In this document: positions 1 to 11,420 of the stretch, in pieces
Numbering within the stretch: position 1 is the first letter of the stretch
Layout: every line of letters begins with the position of its first letter
From: Lingula anatina
Lineage: Eukaryota > Animalia > Brachiopoda
Reading direction: 5' to 3'
DNA: 64,000 nt
Assembly: GCA_051362555.1 (NCBI GenBank)
Contig: CM120644.1
Span: forward strand, 9,742,954 to 9,806,953
Position numbers and translations under genes: made by a program
Notes under the pieces: generated by a model
What the model was told of the DNA's origin: nothing
Seen by the model: the letters and a program-made list of their open reading frames with translations, nothing else
Databases searched by the model: none

Positions 1-274
1 TGAATAATATAATTTTCTGAATAAGCTTTTTAACGATGCAAGTCATACAGCCTTGTCCCTCTCCCACCACTCTGAAAACGATAATATACACACTGTAAAC
101 ATATATCTTAAAACTTTCTTCCCCAACTTTAACCTTAAAGTTATCCACTTAAGATGTCCGGTATGTTGAGCTAAAACCACCTCATTCAGAAATTCCCCAC
201 ACCTGCATGAGCATATTTAATGCTACATGCTTAAAGAATTGATAATATTTACAAAAATAAGTAATCATTCTTAC

Positions 275-3200
275 TGGTCTTTGAGATGGACGTCCACATT
301 TCGTATAAATCGAAGAAGTCCGCATATGGTAGACCTGTAGCCATTCCTCATTGGTTTTGAAACTTCGTCATAAACAGCCTGATCGAGCAATTCTTTCTGC
401 AAAACATTATTTTTTGAAACTCGGTATATTTATTTCGTCAGTACAATATACAGATGGTGAAACAGATTTTTCAATGCCACTTGTGCTGCAATGGTAAAAT
501 AATAAATCGTTTCTGAAAAGAGGAAACGTCATACGTCATTAATAAAATACTATTTTCTTGACATAATTTATGACTAATTTTGTCACACAGATATAAACCG
601 AACTCTACAAAAAACTGTTCAAATTACATTGAAATTATTCTTTATATAATTATTTTATTGAAATAAAGTGCTATATAAAATATTGAAATTAAAGATTTTG
701 TCTTCGTGCCAAGATTTTAGAGGTTCTGTGCATGCCACGTGCGCTGTAAGTGCGTCCTCAACAAATCAAAGATGGAAGATGAGATAAACTGTGATTCGTT
801 ATGTGCCTGGGGCACTTTTGCGTATACATTCAGGTTGTTGCACAATAATATAGAGTAATGCCCTACACGAAAATACATTAAATTTCACGACTGATTTGAT
901 TACATTTCAAGCTCAGTACAGTTTGAAAGATGATAAAAATGCTGGGGATTTTACAGTACAGAGCTTATAGGACATGTGTCGTTTTTGGCCAGTTTTTGGT
1001 AGGCAGTGATATTGGTCTGAAAGAAGAGTTTAAGATCGCCCCATTGATTTTCTCCCTTTCCCTTCCTCCAATCTCTCCGGATGAGTTTACGTAGATTAAT
1101 TAGTCTAATATTACGTGTACGCCAGTAACACACTGGTTATCCGCATTCAAGTATATGCGGAAGCACATTCAAGTATATGTGGAAGCACATTCAAGTATAT
1201 GCAGAAGCAAAATCATCAATAATAATCCAAAAAGACCTACCCAATGTGCTACTGTGTTAAACACGGATACCGTCAACCCATCCAGTGTCAACGTTACGGA
1301 ATGTGGCTGCTGTCTCCAACTGCAATATATTCAGTGGATTAACATGGATTTTATACAAATCAAATATCACATAGATAACGGCTGTTCTTATTGTAAACAA
1401 AAAAATTATTATTAAACTGCTCGCATTAAGTATACTGCTGATATTCTATTCTCACATTTTCTTCAATCCATCTACGTCTACTACGTCTAAGACATTAAAA
1501 GAAATGCTTACATTATTTTGTTTAAGATAAAAAAAAATACAATCTGGAACGTAAAGGACATGAGATTTATGTAACACGAAGCAAAGTACTACTTGTTTGC
1601 ATTTCAACATTGTGTCAAAGCTAATTCTTTCATTTAATGTATAAAATGATTATATGTAGTATCCCTCTATTTTACCTTTCTTTCACTTCCTTCTCGTCCC
1701 CCAGCACACCAAGAAAACGATACCTCATATCCACATTCCAAAAGAACGGGTGCCTGTTAATGAGAGATATATCAATATTTACTGCACATTTACCACGTAA
1801 CTCCCTGTACCTAAATTCTTACCAGTGAAACATTTTTTTTTTAAATATTCCCTTGTCAGTATGCGTTTAAGTGCTTTCATGTATTTGGACAACATTACAC
1901 ACATCCAACTAACATACATTAATAGTTATTATTTTGTCACTTGTTGATAGTCAAAACGACCGTTAACTTTTTAAGTGCGTGTCTTTAATCTAATAGTGTG
2001 CAAGTAGCTGTAGTTGCTTTAAATTTATTATTATTTTTTTATTTATTATTTTTATTTATTTATTTATTTATTTATTATTATTTTTATTTTTTATTTTTTA
2101 TTTTTTTGCCAAATAAATCTATTCAAAAAGGGGAAAAGACACCCTGAGCTTCAGAGCTAACTTGACACTAACCTTTTCACTGTAGCCTATCTCCATCGTG
2201 TCAAGTAACCTCTGACCAGATTCGATTGCCTCCGCCGCCCGCCAATCAAATTTAAAAGCCCGCACTCAATGACTCATTAAACGATCTAGCCAATGAACGC
2301 GAACGAGTCAAAGCGCGCTTTGTTCAAATCCAGACCAATCAAAGATAAGGCTGAATATCAGGGACTTGCCGTAACCTGTGGGCAGCACGCAAATAACATC
2401 GTCTCTCAGTAGATAATGATGCAGGGCCTCAAACTGCTAGACCCTATGGTTTCAATTCCGATTTACTCATATTTTGCAAAGAATCAAGAGATAACTTAAC
2501 ACATTCTTTTTCGTAGTCACTCGCCTTGCTTTCTTTGTGTACGGTAATACACTCGGAACTACTCGGATGTCTCCGCACTCGACAATAACTATGTTGTTAG
2601 TATGGAGCTTGCGGAATCAGCCGAGGGTTGCCGATTGACGGTCAACCAATCAGCGTTTTCACCAAACTTTGGTGAAAAATTTTGAAACATGGATTTGATT
2701 GGCTTATATAAACTAGGTCAAACTATTTTCGTCAGAGGTTACTTGACACGATGGAGATAGGCTACAGTGAAAAGGTTAGTGTCAAGTTAGCTCTGAAGCT
2801 CAGGGTGGGAAAAGACGAATCAAAAAGAAAACTTACGCCAGTGCCTCCTCAATGGTCGGCCTTAGCTCAGGGTCTGGCTGCAGCATCCAGTCCACTAAAT
2901 GTTTTCCAACGATGTCGTCCAAGGCTGAAAGGTCATGTTTTCCGTCTTGAACGTTCTTGTTACACAGAAACACGTCAGCCTCGCCATTTGGCATAAATGG
3001 GTGTATGCCACCTGTTAGTGTGTAGTATACTAACATACCGGCCACCTGCCAGGGAAACAGAAATAAAACGCTTTTTAAATCAAAACTTAACACACATACT
3101 TGTATATCTAAGCTATACATAATGTACGGTTCGTCAATAACTATACCCCGGTACAAAATAGTTATAATAATCACAAATTTCCATGAACATATAAAGGAAA

Positions 3201-6200
3201 TTAAAAAAAAAACATGCTGATGACTGCTTATAAATCTACTTCAATAATACACGTGTACGTGTATCTATGACACCTTCATTAGGATAGTTGTTGACAAGTT
3301 TATGTAGTTAACTGTAATTTTACCTGAATATCGGCATTTTTCTTGTATTTGACTTTCCCAGTGGCGCTATCCAGTATCTCTTTTGCCACCCAGTGGTATG
3401 TCCCTGAAGATACACCAAACATAACAACCACAAGCAGAAATGTAAATACATGTTCCAGCACGGCCTTTTAAAATGCTATAAATTGGTAATGGGTAATATA
3501 AATCAGAGCTTTTAATAGTACGTCTACTATATCCTTGTGGCCAAAATATAATATCATGAGACAGGCAGACAGACAGAGAGACAGACAGATATACACAAGA
3601 TGGTAGAAAAACTGTAATATACCTTTAGCAGTAGTGTAGAAAGTACTCTGGTTATCCGGGAGGACCACACTAATGCCAAAATCCGATAATTTTGCTCGAT
3701 TGCTGATATCTATAAGAACGTTGTGGGGCTGAAAGTGGCGTATATTACTTAATGTTACTACATTTGTATAATCCATAATTATAAGACGGATTTATACTTT
3801 TCTGCATACTAACCATCAGTTACTTACATGAAAATGTTTGCACACAAGTTTTATTTGCAAGTAAAAAATAAGTGTCAACATTTTAAGAATAAAATTTGGA
3901 AAAGCCCAAATGATATTATTACGATAAAACTGTTGACAGGAGCAAAAATAAGTACCCCCAGTATACCAGGATTCCCAAAATTCACTGACTGCTGAATGTG
4001 GGTATCTACCTTGATATCCATGTGAATTACGTTGTGCCCAGTGTGTAAGGTTCTGAGGCTTTCCAAGATTTGCCCTACGAGCTCTCGGGAGATGTTGGTC
4101 TGGTTTTGTTTGTACTCATCTGTAGATATGAATTCATTGAGAGTAAACTCTCCAAGCTCAAGAATCAGGTACAGAAACTCGTCATCCATGGCAATATCAA
4201 GATATCGGATGATATTTGGGGAATCCAATGTAGTTAACAAGCCTTTCTCGTTCTTGAAGTTCTGTGACATGGACCTGGGGAATCTTTTTACGGCGACCTC
4301 TCTGCCATCATGCCGAATACCCAGAAACACCTCAGTTTTGTTGCCGCTGAAAAGAAAATATAATAATCTAATCTGAGGAATCTGAAACTTTAACCACGAT
4401 TGATGACTCTTGCCCCAGATAAAAGAACAAATGAAAGACGTGTGGTAAAATTTTAACCTTGGCCATTTACACTAGTACGTCGGTATTAAATTACTTTGAC
4501 AGAAAACATACTTCAATTTACAACATCAGCAAAGCTAAACACTAAAGCACACAACACACAAACTTTATCTAAGTATTTCATTTCAATTTTACTGATTTTC
4601 GCATGTTATAGTCAACGGGAACGCGTCTATAAACAACTAAAATATTAAAAACCACCACCAGAACCCGACTGGGAGCATAAACGTTTTTAAAATGATACCA
4701 CAATCAAACCAAAAGATTATACAAAACTGAATAAATACAGCACACCTCTCTATACTTACGATCCAATTTTAAATCTGTCGATCTTTGTGCTGAAACATAC
4801 GTTGTTCACTTCCTTCAAGTTCCCGTCGCTGACCTGCAGAAGTTCTTCAAAGAAAGGCCTCCATCTGGCACTGACAGGTGTCCAGTTTGAGGAATACTTT
4901 AGGGCAATCTGTTCCTTCAGGTAGATTAGACTACTGGACGGTACTATAGAATCACAGAGCAGTCCGTCGTCTGCTAAATCGTTTCGACCAATTTGTAAGA
5001 TCTGGCGTGAAACAGGAATGTCTGCGTCTGCCTCTATTTGATTTTTCAAAAACGCCACGTTGTTATTTGGTGAAACTTGATAGTCTCTCAAAGTACCGGT
5101 AGGGAGCAGCACTGATACTCTCCAGGGTTGACTGGTAAGAATGATGTCCATTTCCTCTTCCATTTTGGAGGTCAGGTATTCGGCTAACATCTTATCGTCA
5201 CTAAGAACGTTACCATTGAAACTAAGGTGTTGTTCAAAAAGATGAATGTCTGTATCCACCGCCAGAATCTGCTTAAGTTCGCCGACGACATTGCTTGCCA
5301 ACAAAGAGTATTTATATATTTGACCGCCACGTGCTACAGAAACCTTTACTGACCAGCCAACAGTCACAACTGACCCTTCTTGGAGACCATAATCCTTCAA
5401 CGTTTTGTCGCTCCCGAGTTGTGTCCCTTCGTAAATGAAAATAACTGCCTTCAGAAAGTTCTTCGCCAATGCGTTCACTGTATCCGTTGGGAACACTTTA
5501 ACCGATATTTGGGTGTTCTGTCCTATTATCTTTAACACGACTTGGAATGAAACAGACACCTTTATTTTACGCAGACGATATAGAAGAGTCTTCTTGTCGG
5601 ATTCGACCAATTCTTGGAGTGCAGCTCTTCCTTCCCACTGGGCTTCTATCAGAAGCATATCCTTGCGTGCTGCTTGTGATTTAAGATCAATCATATTCAA
5701 AAAATCTCCGACGGTAAGAAGGGGATCCCAAGATTGTTCTTCAAGGCTGCCATCGGCAAATTGAACAAGAACACTATGTGAGGCATAGGTGACCGTAAAC
5801 TCTTGGTCTGTTCCAAAGTAAATGCCATAACCCGTGAAAGATATGTCTTCGTCAAGACTGTCTGATTCGCCCGGCATAAGACCATGATATACATTCACGT
5901 AATAAAGGGGTAGATTTACAAGTTCAATGACTTTGGTCTTTATGACTCGAATTTTGTCCGTGCTCCTAACGGACATGCGCAGACTCTGTCCGTCTGGCAG
6001 ATGAACAGATATAAATTGAATAGGGTCTGAACTATCCGTTTCAGTTTGTGCAACCATGGGTGTCGCTTCGGGATCTGATTTACATACGCACCTCTGAAAG
6101 GAAAATAAATATGCAGTATTATGCATTTATTGATGAATACAAATAAGTCCAAATTTAAGAAAACTAATAGCATATTAACTTCAACTCAATATATTTCTTT

Positions 6201-6975
6201 CCTTAGATAGTTCTTTTTTTAACCCGTACTGCTTCACTTATTAATTGTACTTCTTACTGATTTACTGTAAGATGATCAATATCATTTGATCGATGCATTT
6301 TTTGATATCATTTAAATATCATTACGTTTCCTTAACAAAAAAGTAGTTCATGTTAGCAATTGGAAATAGAATATGTCTGTTATTTTAATTGTATGCCACG
6401 ACTGTGGATAGAGAGGATACTGGATAGAAAAAAAACAACAAAAAACAGAAAAAAATTACCGAGAAACAGTTTTCGCAACAATCAGAAAACCAATCTCTAC
6501 ATCCCTCTCGACATTCCTCGCAGTCGTCGTAGTCCTTGCAACAACAACACAGACAGCAATCTTCATTGTCCTGACAGCACAGATACACACAGACTCCAAC
6601 ACAGCACAGGATCAGCAGCCCTGCAACACTGGCTGACACGGCAGTGGCTATGATCCAACCTTGAACTCCAGGAGTGGGCGTGGCACCGGTGGTTGTGGGC
6701 GTGGTCGCGGTAGAAGTAGCCGTGGTTTGAGTGGCGTTACCGATACTCTTGTTGTCGGTCGTGCCTGATTGGTTTATACTGGATATAGGCGAGGTCTCTG
6801 TGAAAGTATGTGTGGTCTCGGTGGTGTTGCCGCTATTATGTCTCTGGGAGACCGATCCGATAGAGGGCGTTGTTGCCGTCACGATTCTCGTGTAATCGCT
6901 ATCAGAGGATGCAAAGTGGGGTGTTAAAAATGCCAAAAAGGCTGTAATTGTACACAAAACCTTGCCCGTATCCAT
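275..6975 (-). CDS. Type-I transmembrane IRE1/RNase L-family kinase-ribonuclease with tandem ubiquitin-like domains (3' end incomplete)
   Basis: Nine phase-compatible exons: 6975-6460, 6093-4760, 4346-4010, 3728-3623, 3403-3324, 3045-2837, 1753-1676, 1319-1241, 396-275 (about 953 codons, no stop). Signal peptide MDTGKVLCTITAFLAFLTPHFASS, then a T/S-rich stretch, TM segment WIIATAVSASVAGLLILCCVGVCVYLCC, and ubiquitin-fold repeats (e.g. FIYEGTQLGSDKTLKDYGLQEGS; IPVSRQILQIGRNDLADD). Kinase motifs IGSGNKTEVFLG, VAVK, HMDIKPHNVLI, DFG, GTYHWVAKE, DIQVAG..GG.HPF, RPT..E.LAHPFFW. KEN motif YRSTICGLLRFIRNVDVH. Confidence 0.85.
1145..1209. repeat. Three copies of a 22-bp tandem unit
   Basis: cattcaagtatatg(c/t)(g/a)gaagca repeated three times within an intron. 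Confidence 0.8.
2140..2807. mobile_element. MITE / non-autonomous DNA transposon in an intron
   Basis: Perfect ~77-bp terminal inverted repeats (caccctgagcttcagagctaacttgacac...ctctgac at 2140-2216; reverse complement at 2731-2807). Flanked by direct repeat ggaaaaga (8 bp), or gggaaaagac (10 bp) if the TIR starts at 2141. Confidence 0.9.
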
Positions 6976-7416
6976 TGGCTGAGATTACTCCTGAAAAAGG
7001 TTTTTAAAAAATTATATTTTCGGGCTAATTTTTTCAAGCAAAATTTAAGGGTTATCATGTGCTAATTACATGGATATACTTTTGCCTTTAATTAGATTCG
7101 AAAGAGATGTTTTATAGTATTATCATGAAGATCTCATGCACTTGTGTGGCCAGTTACAAAAATTATATAACTAACTTCGCAAAACTCGGACCAATGATTT
7201 TTGTTATTATAAATAATGACTTAAAACCGAATGTAACACTTTAAAATACGTGCATGTGAAGATGACATTAATATTCTTGGCTAAGGAAGCGCCCAGAAAC
7301 AACACATCCTCCCAGTTGCGACTGGAGAACTCACTCACTGATAACAAATTTTAAAACAATAAATGAAGGCAAAACAAAAAAAAATAATATTTGGCTTTTG
7401 AAGATATGGTCATAAA

Positions 7417-7631
7417 CAGGCGCCACCCAGGATTGTTTGAAGGGGGTTCGCGTATACAAAGCCGACCCTCTCCCTACCCCCGAAGGGCCCCGGGAAATTT
7501 TGGTATTTTAGAGGGCGAACGGTGTCATTTGGTACGGTTTAGAACTATGATTCAGCTAGTCAAAATTCTAATTTCGAGAGGGGACCTGAAATCGAAGCCC
7601 CCCCCCCTACCCCCCTCTAAATCCACCACTG
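7417..7631. mobile_element. Possible degenerate short hAT-like MITE
   Basis: Begins caggcgccacccaggatt...ggggg and ends cccccc..taaatccaccactg, the imperfect CAG...CTG termini with G/C tracts typical of short MITEs. No clean TSD. Confidence 0.4.
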
Positions 7632-10413
7632 CATAGACAACACCCTTAGTGATAAACGATAAAAGGAGTGAGAGAGTAAGTTCCCCGGTCTTTTTAGGTG
7701 TTAAGGTAAGTAGTGCTTTCAGCTGGGAAGAACACGTTTTATATATATGTAATTCAAAAAGGTAAATCAAAGACTTAAGTATTTAAAACTAATGAAAAGA
7801 GCAGAGGTTTCTGATAATAAACTCATACACTTTTTCGTGTTAGTGATCAGATCTACGCTGGAGTACACCTGCCAAGTTTGGCACCCTGGTCTTACGAGAC
7901 AACAAACTGACAAGATTGAAATGACCAGAAAAGTGCATAAAAATGATAAACTCAGACAATAAGATGAGGCACTAACATTTTCTAAAAGTGTAATTCACTT
8001 GCTGGCTGAATGTTTGACCTATCAAACCATTTCACCTCAATATGACCAAATAAAAGACCATAAATTACACCATCTACACTGAGACAAATACGTTAGCCAT
8101 GTATTGTGCTTCGAACTCAAAAATATACTGTACCAAAACTGAGAAGTATCAGACCTTCAAAAACATCCATCCCATGCACACTGAATTCTGAACTCACTTT
8201 AAGTATGTTTTAATTGATATTAAACTTAATGTAGGCCCCCTATTTTTAAATATCCTCAAAGGACCAAATGTTTCATTTCAACCGCAGTGCACTTTTAATT
8301 TAACAGTCTTAACAGTTTTTTTATTATCATTTAGTGAATTTAAGAATTTATATTTTTGTACAATCCGACTATTTTACTTGCAAATAACATTATAACTCTG
8401 AACTTGCCGTGATTGCATTATGCAGTTTTAAATAAGTGACTCCCTATTTAGGGAGGCAAGTAGTGCCCGTGAGTGAGGGATTAACTGTACGAGAAGACAG
8501 ATGTGTTGTCAAAAGCTATATAAAAGGACATTTTAATTGAATCTGTGGACTTCAAATTATTGTCTGAAAATACCTCTTGGACTATTATTTTGAAATCACA
8601 CGCATGAGCCTATACGATATTATCCTAATTTTTATAAACACACTTGAACTATTACTCTTTTAGATAAATATATAGGCTATATACACTGGTAGGCCTATAG
8701 TAAGGTGAATTATTTATGCACCAATTTCATATCAAATGAAACCTCGTTATATATGTTAGCAAAACAATATTCTAAGGACTTTTAAAGATGCATGCTGATC
8801 TAGGCCTATATGTCAGTGATTTCACAATGAATGAATGGATGTTGTTGAAAACCCCATATCTTACAAATTCACCTCGTGTGACCTCCGGCTAGCGGTACCC
8901 GCCACCTTTGCTTACCTGTACCATACCAATACTGTAATGTTGCGGCCAAACGCCTAAGATTTCCTCGTTTCTGCAAGATGTTATAAGAGGCCTACAATAG
9001 CGCCTGTCTATACAGGGTACGTTACTAGTATGAGCTCAAAAAATGACAAAAAGAATCTAGATGTACCCCACACCCACCGCCAGGGTGTTTGGTTTCTCTT
9101 TAAGACTTCAGCTATTGTCGCACGCGTCACAATGGTGGCAAATATCGATTCTATCCAACGCTACATATTCACACAATACCCTGACCTAGTTTGCAGTTAA
9201 GTGATGTCAGGCAGCCAGGCTGAACGCCTTGCTTTGTATACTTATATAGGCCGATACTTGATATATGGGTCGAAAGGCACACGACCATATTCAACATTTT
9301 ACCGGCTTTTACAAAATTCGCAAGTAACATTTGTGTATGTGTAGGCTTACAAATGTACGTTAAAAGCATAGGGGGCCTATAGGCCTATAATTTTGAATTC
9401 CTATTTCTTAAAATGCCTCGTTTAATGTCGCCTGCAATTTAAATTTATGATAACATTAAATTTGTTTTATTTTGGCTATTAGGCGAATAACTAGTATTAA
9501 TATCCATTTATTTTATTTTTTACAGAACTCCTAGCATATAGGCCTACTGTAGCTTCCTCGTGTAGGCCTAAGTTGTTCAATAGGCCTATTAAAATTTTTT
9601 GCAGCAGTCCAAGCCCTACTAGTAGGCCCTATATAGCCCAAGCCACAATTTTTTTTAGATAAATTTTGTATAAATATTTTGTATAAATAAATCATGTTAA
9701 ACTAAATTTGGGGACATATTCAGCTTTATCCAAAAATTGTCAAATGTAAAAACTTTAGCTCTAATATAATAGCCTACCGGGTAGCCTAGCTATATTATTT
9801 GAAAATAGGCCCCTAAATAGATCAATCGATAAACAAAACATGCGATTTAAACAAAATACATAAATGAAACTTTAAATGACAAATCGATAGCACTTTTACT
9901 ATGGCTTTATTACAAACTGTAAATATAGACAAGACCTACCAGATTGTAGGCATATAGCACCCTCCCCTCCCCCCCCCCCCCCCCCGCCCCCGTTATTAAC
10001 ACTATATAGTGAAAGGCCTTACAGAAGACATATATTCAATAAAATGTTAAATGCCAACCAATTTTTAGCATTTATTTTTTTAATGTGTTTGCAATATTTT
10101 ATTTAAAGCAACAAAAAACCAAAGTAGGAAAGAACATTTCAACAGGAAGTCGTATTACGACAATCAAATGTGGGTACTAGCAAAGCATGCCTTGTTGTTG
10201 ATTTCCCGTAATGTTGCAGTCCAATCTCTTTAATAAGCCATGCAGTGGTAAGCTTTTTAGGAAAATGTAGGATTAAATGTTCTAGTGTATGACATAGATT
10301 TGAGATTTTTATTTGTAACTATCAGAAAACTAAAATCAAAGAGATACTGTAAGATGCAGATGTACGTGTTTGACTTCCTCTCAGCCGTTTCGTCTCTCAT
10401 AGGAGGTCTGACT

Positions 10414-10883
10414 GGGTGTGACTGAAATGCGCAATACACTGCAATACAGCGCAACACAGCGCAATACACTTGATAACACAAGTCCTGTTGCAAGTAAACA
10501 CAGGAAAGGGTAATCTCAAATAAAATAGGGTGATATAAAAGCAAAATATAGTACATAGTAATTAATATTGCTGATACAACTAGACAATTTTTTCATTGTT
10601 TGGTCAGCCGCCATGTTGGCGAGTAGCTCTTCTTGGCCAGTAATATATATCCAAGAAGAGCCACTCGCCAACATGGCTGCCAACCGGACAATATAAAAGT
10701 CTTGCTGATTTGTTAGGTTATATCAACAATATTACTTACCTAGTAATATAGGTTGTTTTTATATCACCCTACTTTGCTGGGAATGGTCATTTCTTTTGTG
10801 TAATTGCAATTGGATTTGATTTTTGAAGTGTATTGCGCTGTGTTGCGCTGTATTGCAGTGTATTGCGCATTTCAGTCACACCG
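10414..10883. mobile_element. Foldback MITE with 9-bp TSD (Mutator-like)
   Basis: TIRs ggtgtgactgaaatgcgcaatacactgcaatacagcgcaacacagcgcaatacactt and its reverse complement. Imperfect palindrome over the whole length (centre ccatgttggcgagt..ctcttcttgg / ccaagaagag..actcgccaacatgg). TSD ggtctgact at 10405-10413 and 10884-10892. Confidence 0.9.
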
Positions 10884-11194
10884 GGTCTGACTGTCTCTGG
10901 TCGCAGATTAAGTTATTTAGCAGAGTTATTACCCTAAGGTGAATCAGTGCTTCGTCTGTAGCTTATATATTAAGCCTCGAGTATCAGCATGTACTTCAAC
11001 GTAACTCTTTTTGACTGTCGAATATCGAGCACATTTATTGTGGACAGTGCTCTTTTAAATGGAACCGAAATACCTATAAATTTGATATATTTTAACAGTT
11101 AGTTTTCTCTCTTGATTTAAAGAATTTGATTGCTCTCCCTCTGATCAGTGGATCAATTTTACAAAATTTCTGATGATGAACTTTTTCTCCCCAG

Positions 11195-11388
11195 GTCTGC
11201 ACTTGAAGCTGAAGGACAGATTCTTACCCTGGGAATCCAAGCTGAAGTTAGCCAGGTTTGTGTGGGCATCCAAGGGAGTTGTCATACCTAACAAAGAACA
11301 GTATGTCATCGACTGGCTGACTGGTGCTCTGCTGAATAAAAAGAAGTGAGTGGTGTTTTTACTTGGGGATATTTGTAATAACTCCACT

Positions 11389-11420
<32 letters not shown>

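Noticed and set aside
715-862. Minus-strand stretch translating SIFDLLRTHLQRTWH, superficially KEN-like
   Set aside because: It lacks R-N-x3-H and ends in a stop. The true KEN exon is 396-275 and the gene joins in frame without this stretch.
951-1133. 60-aa ORF inside the kinase-RNase gene
   Set aside because: Exon 1319-1241 splices in phase directly to 396, and the ORF has no recognisable motif.
9370-9820. Cluster of TAGGCCTA palindromes
   Set aside because: Irregular spacing and no unit structure. Treated as low-complexity sequence with no supportable function.
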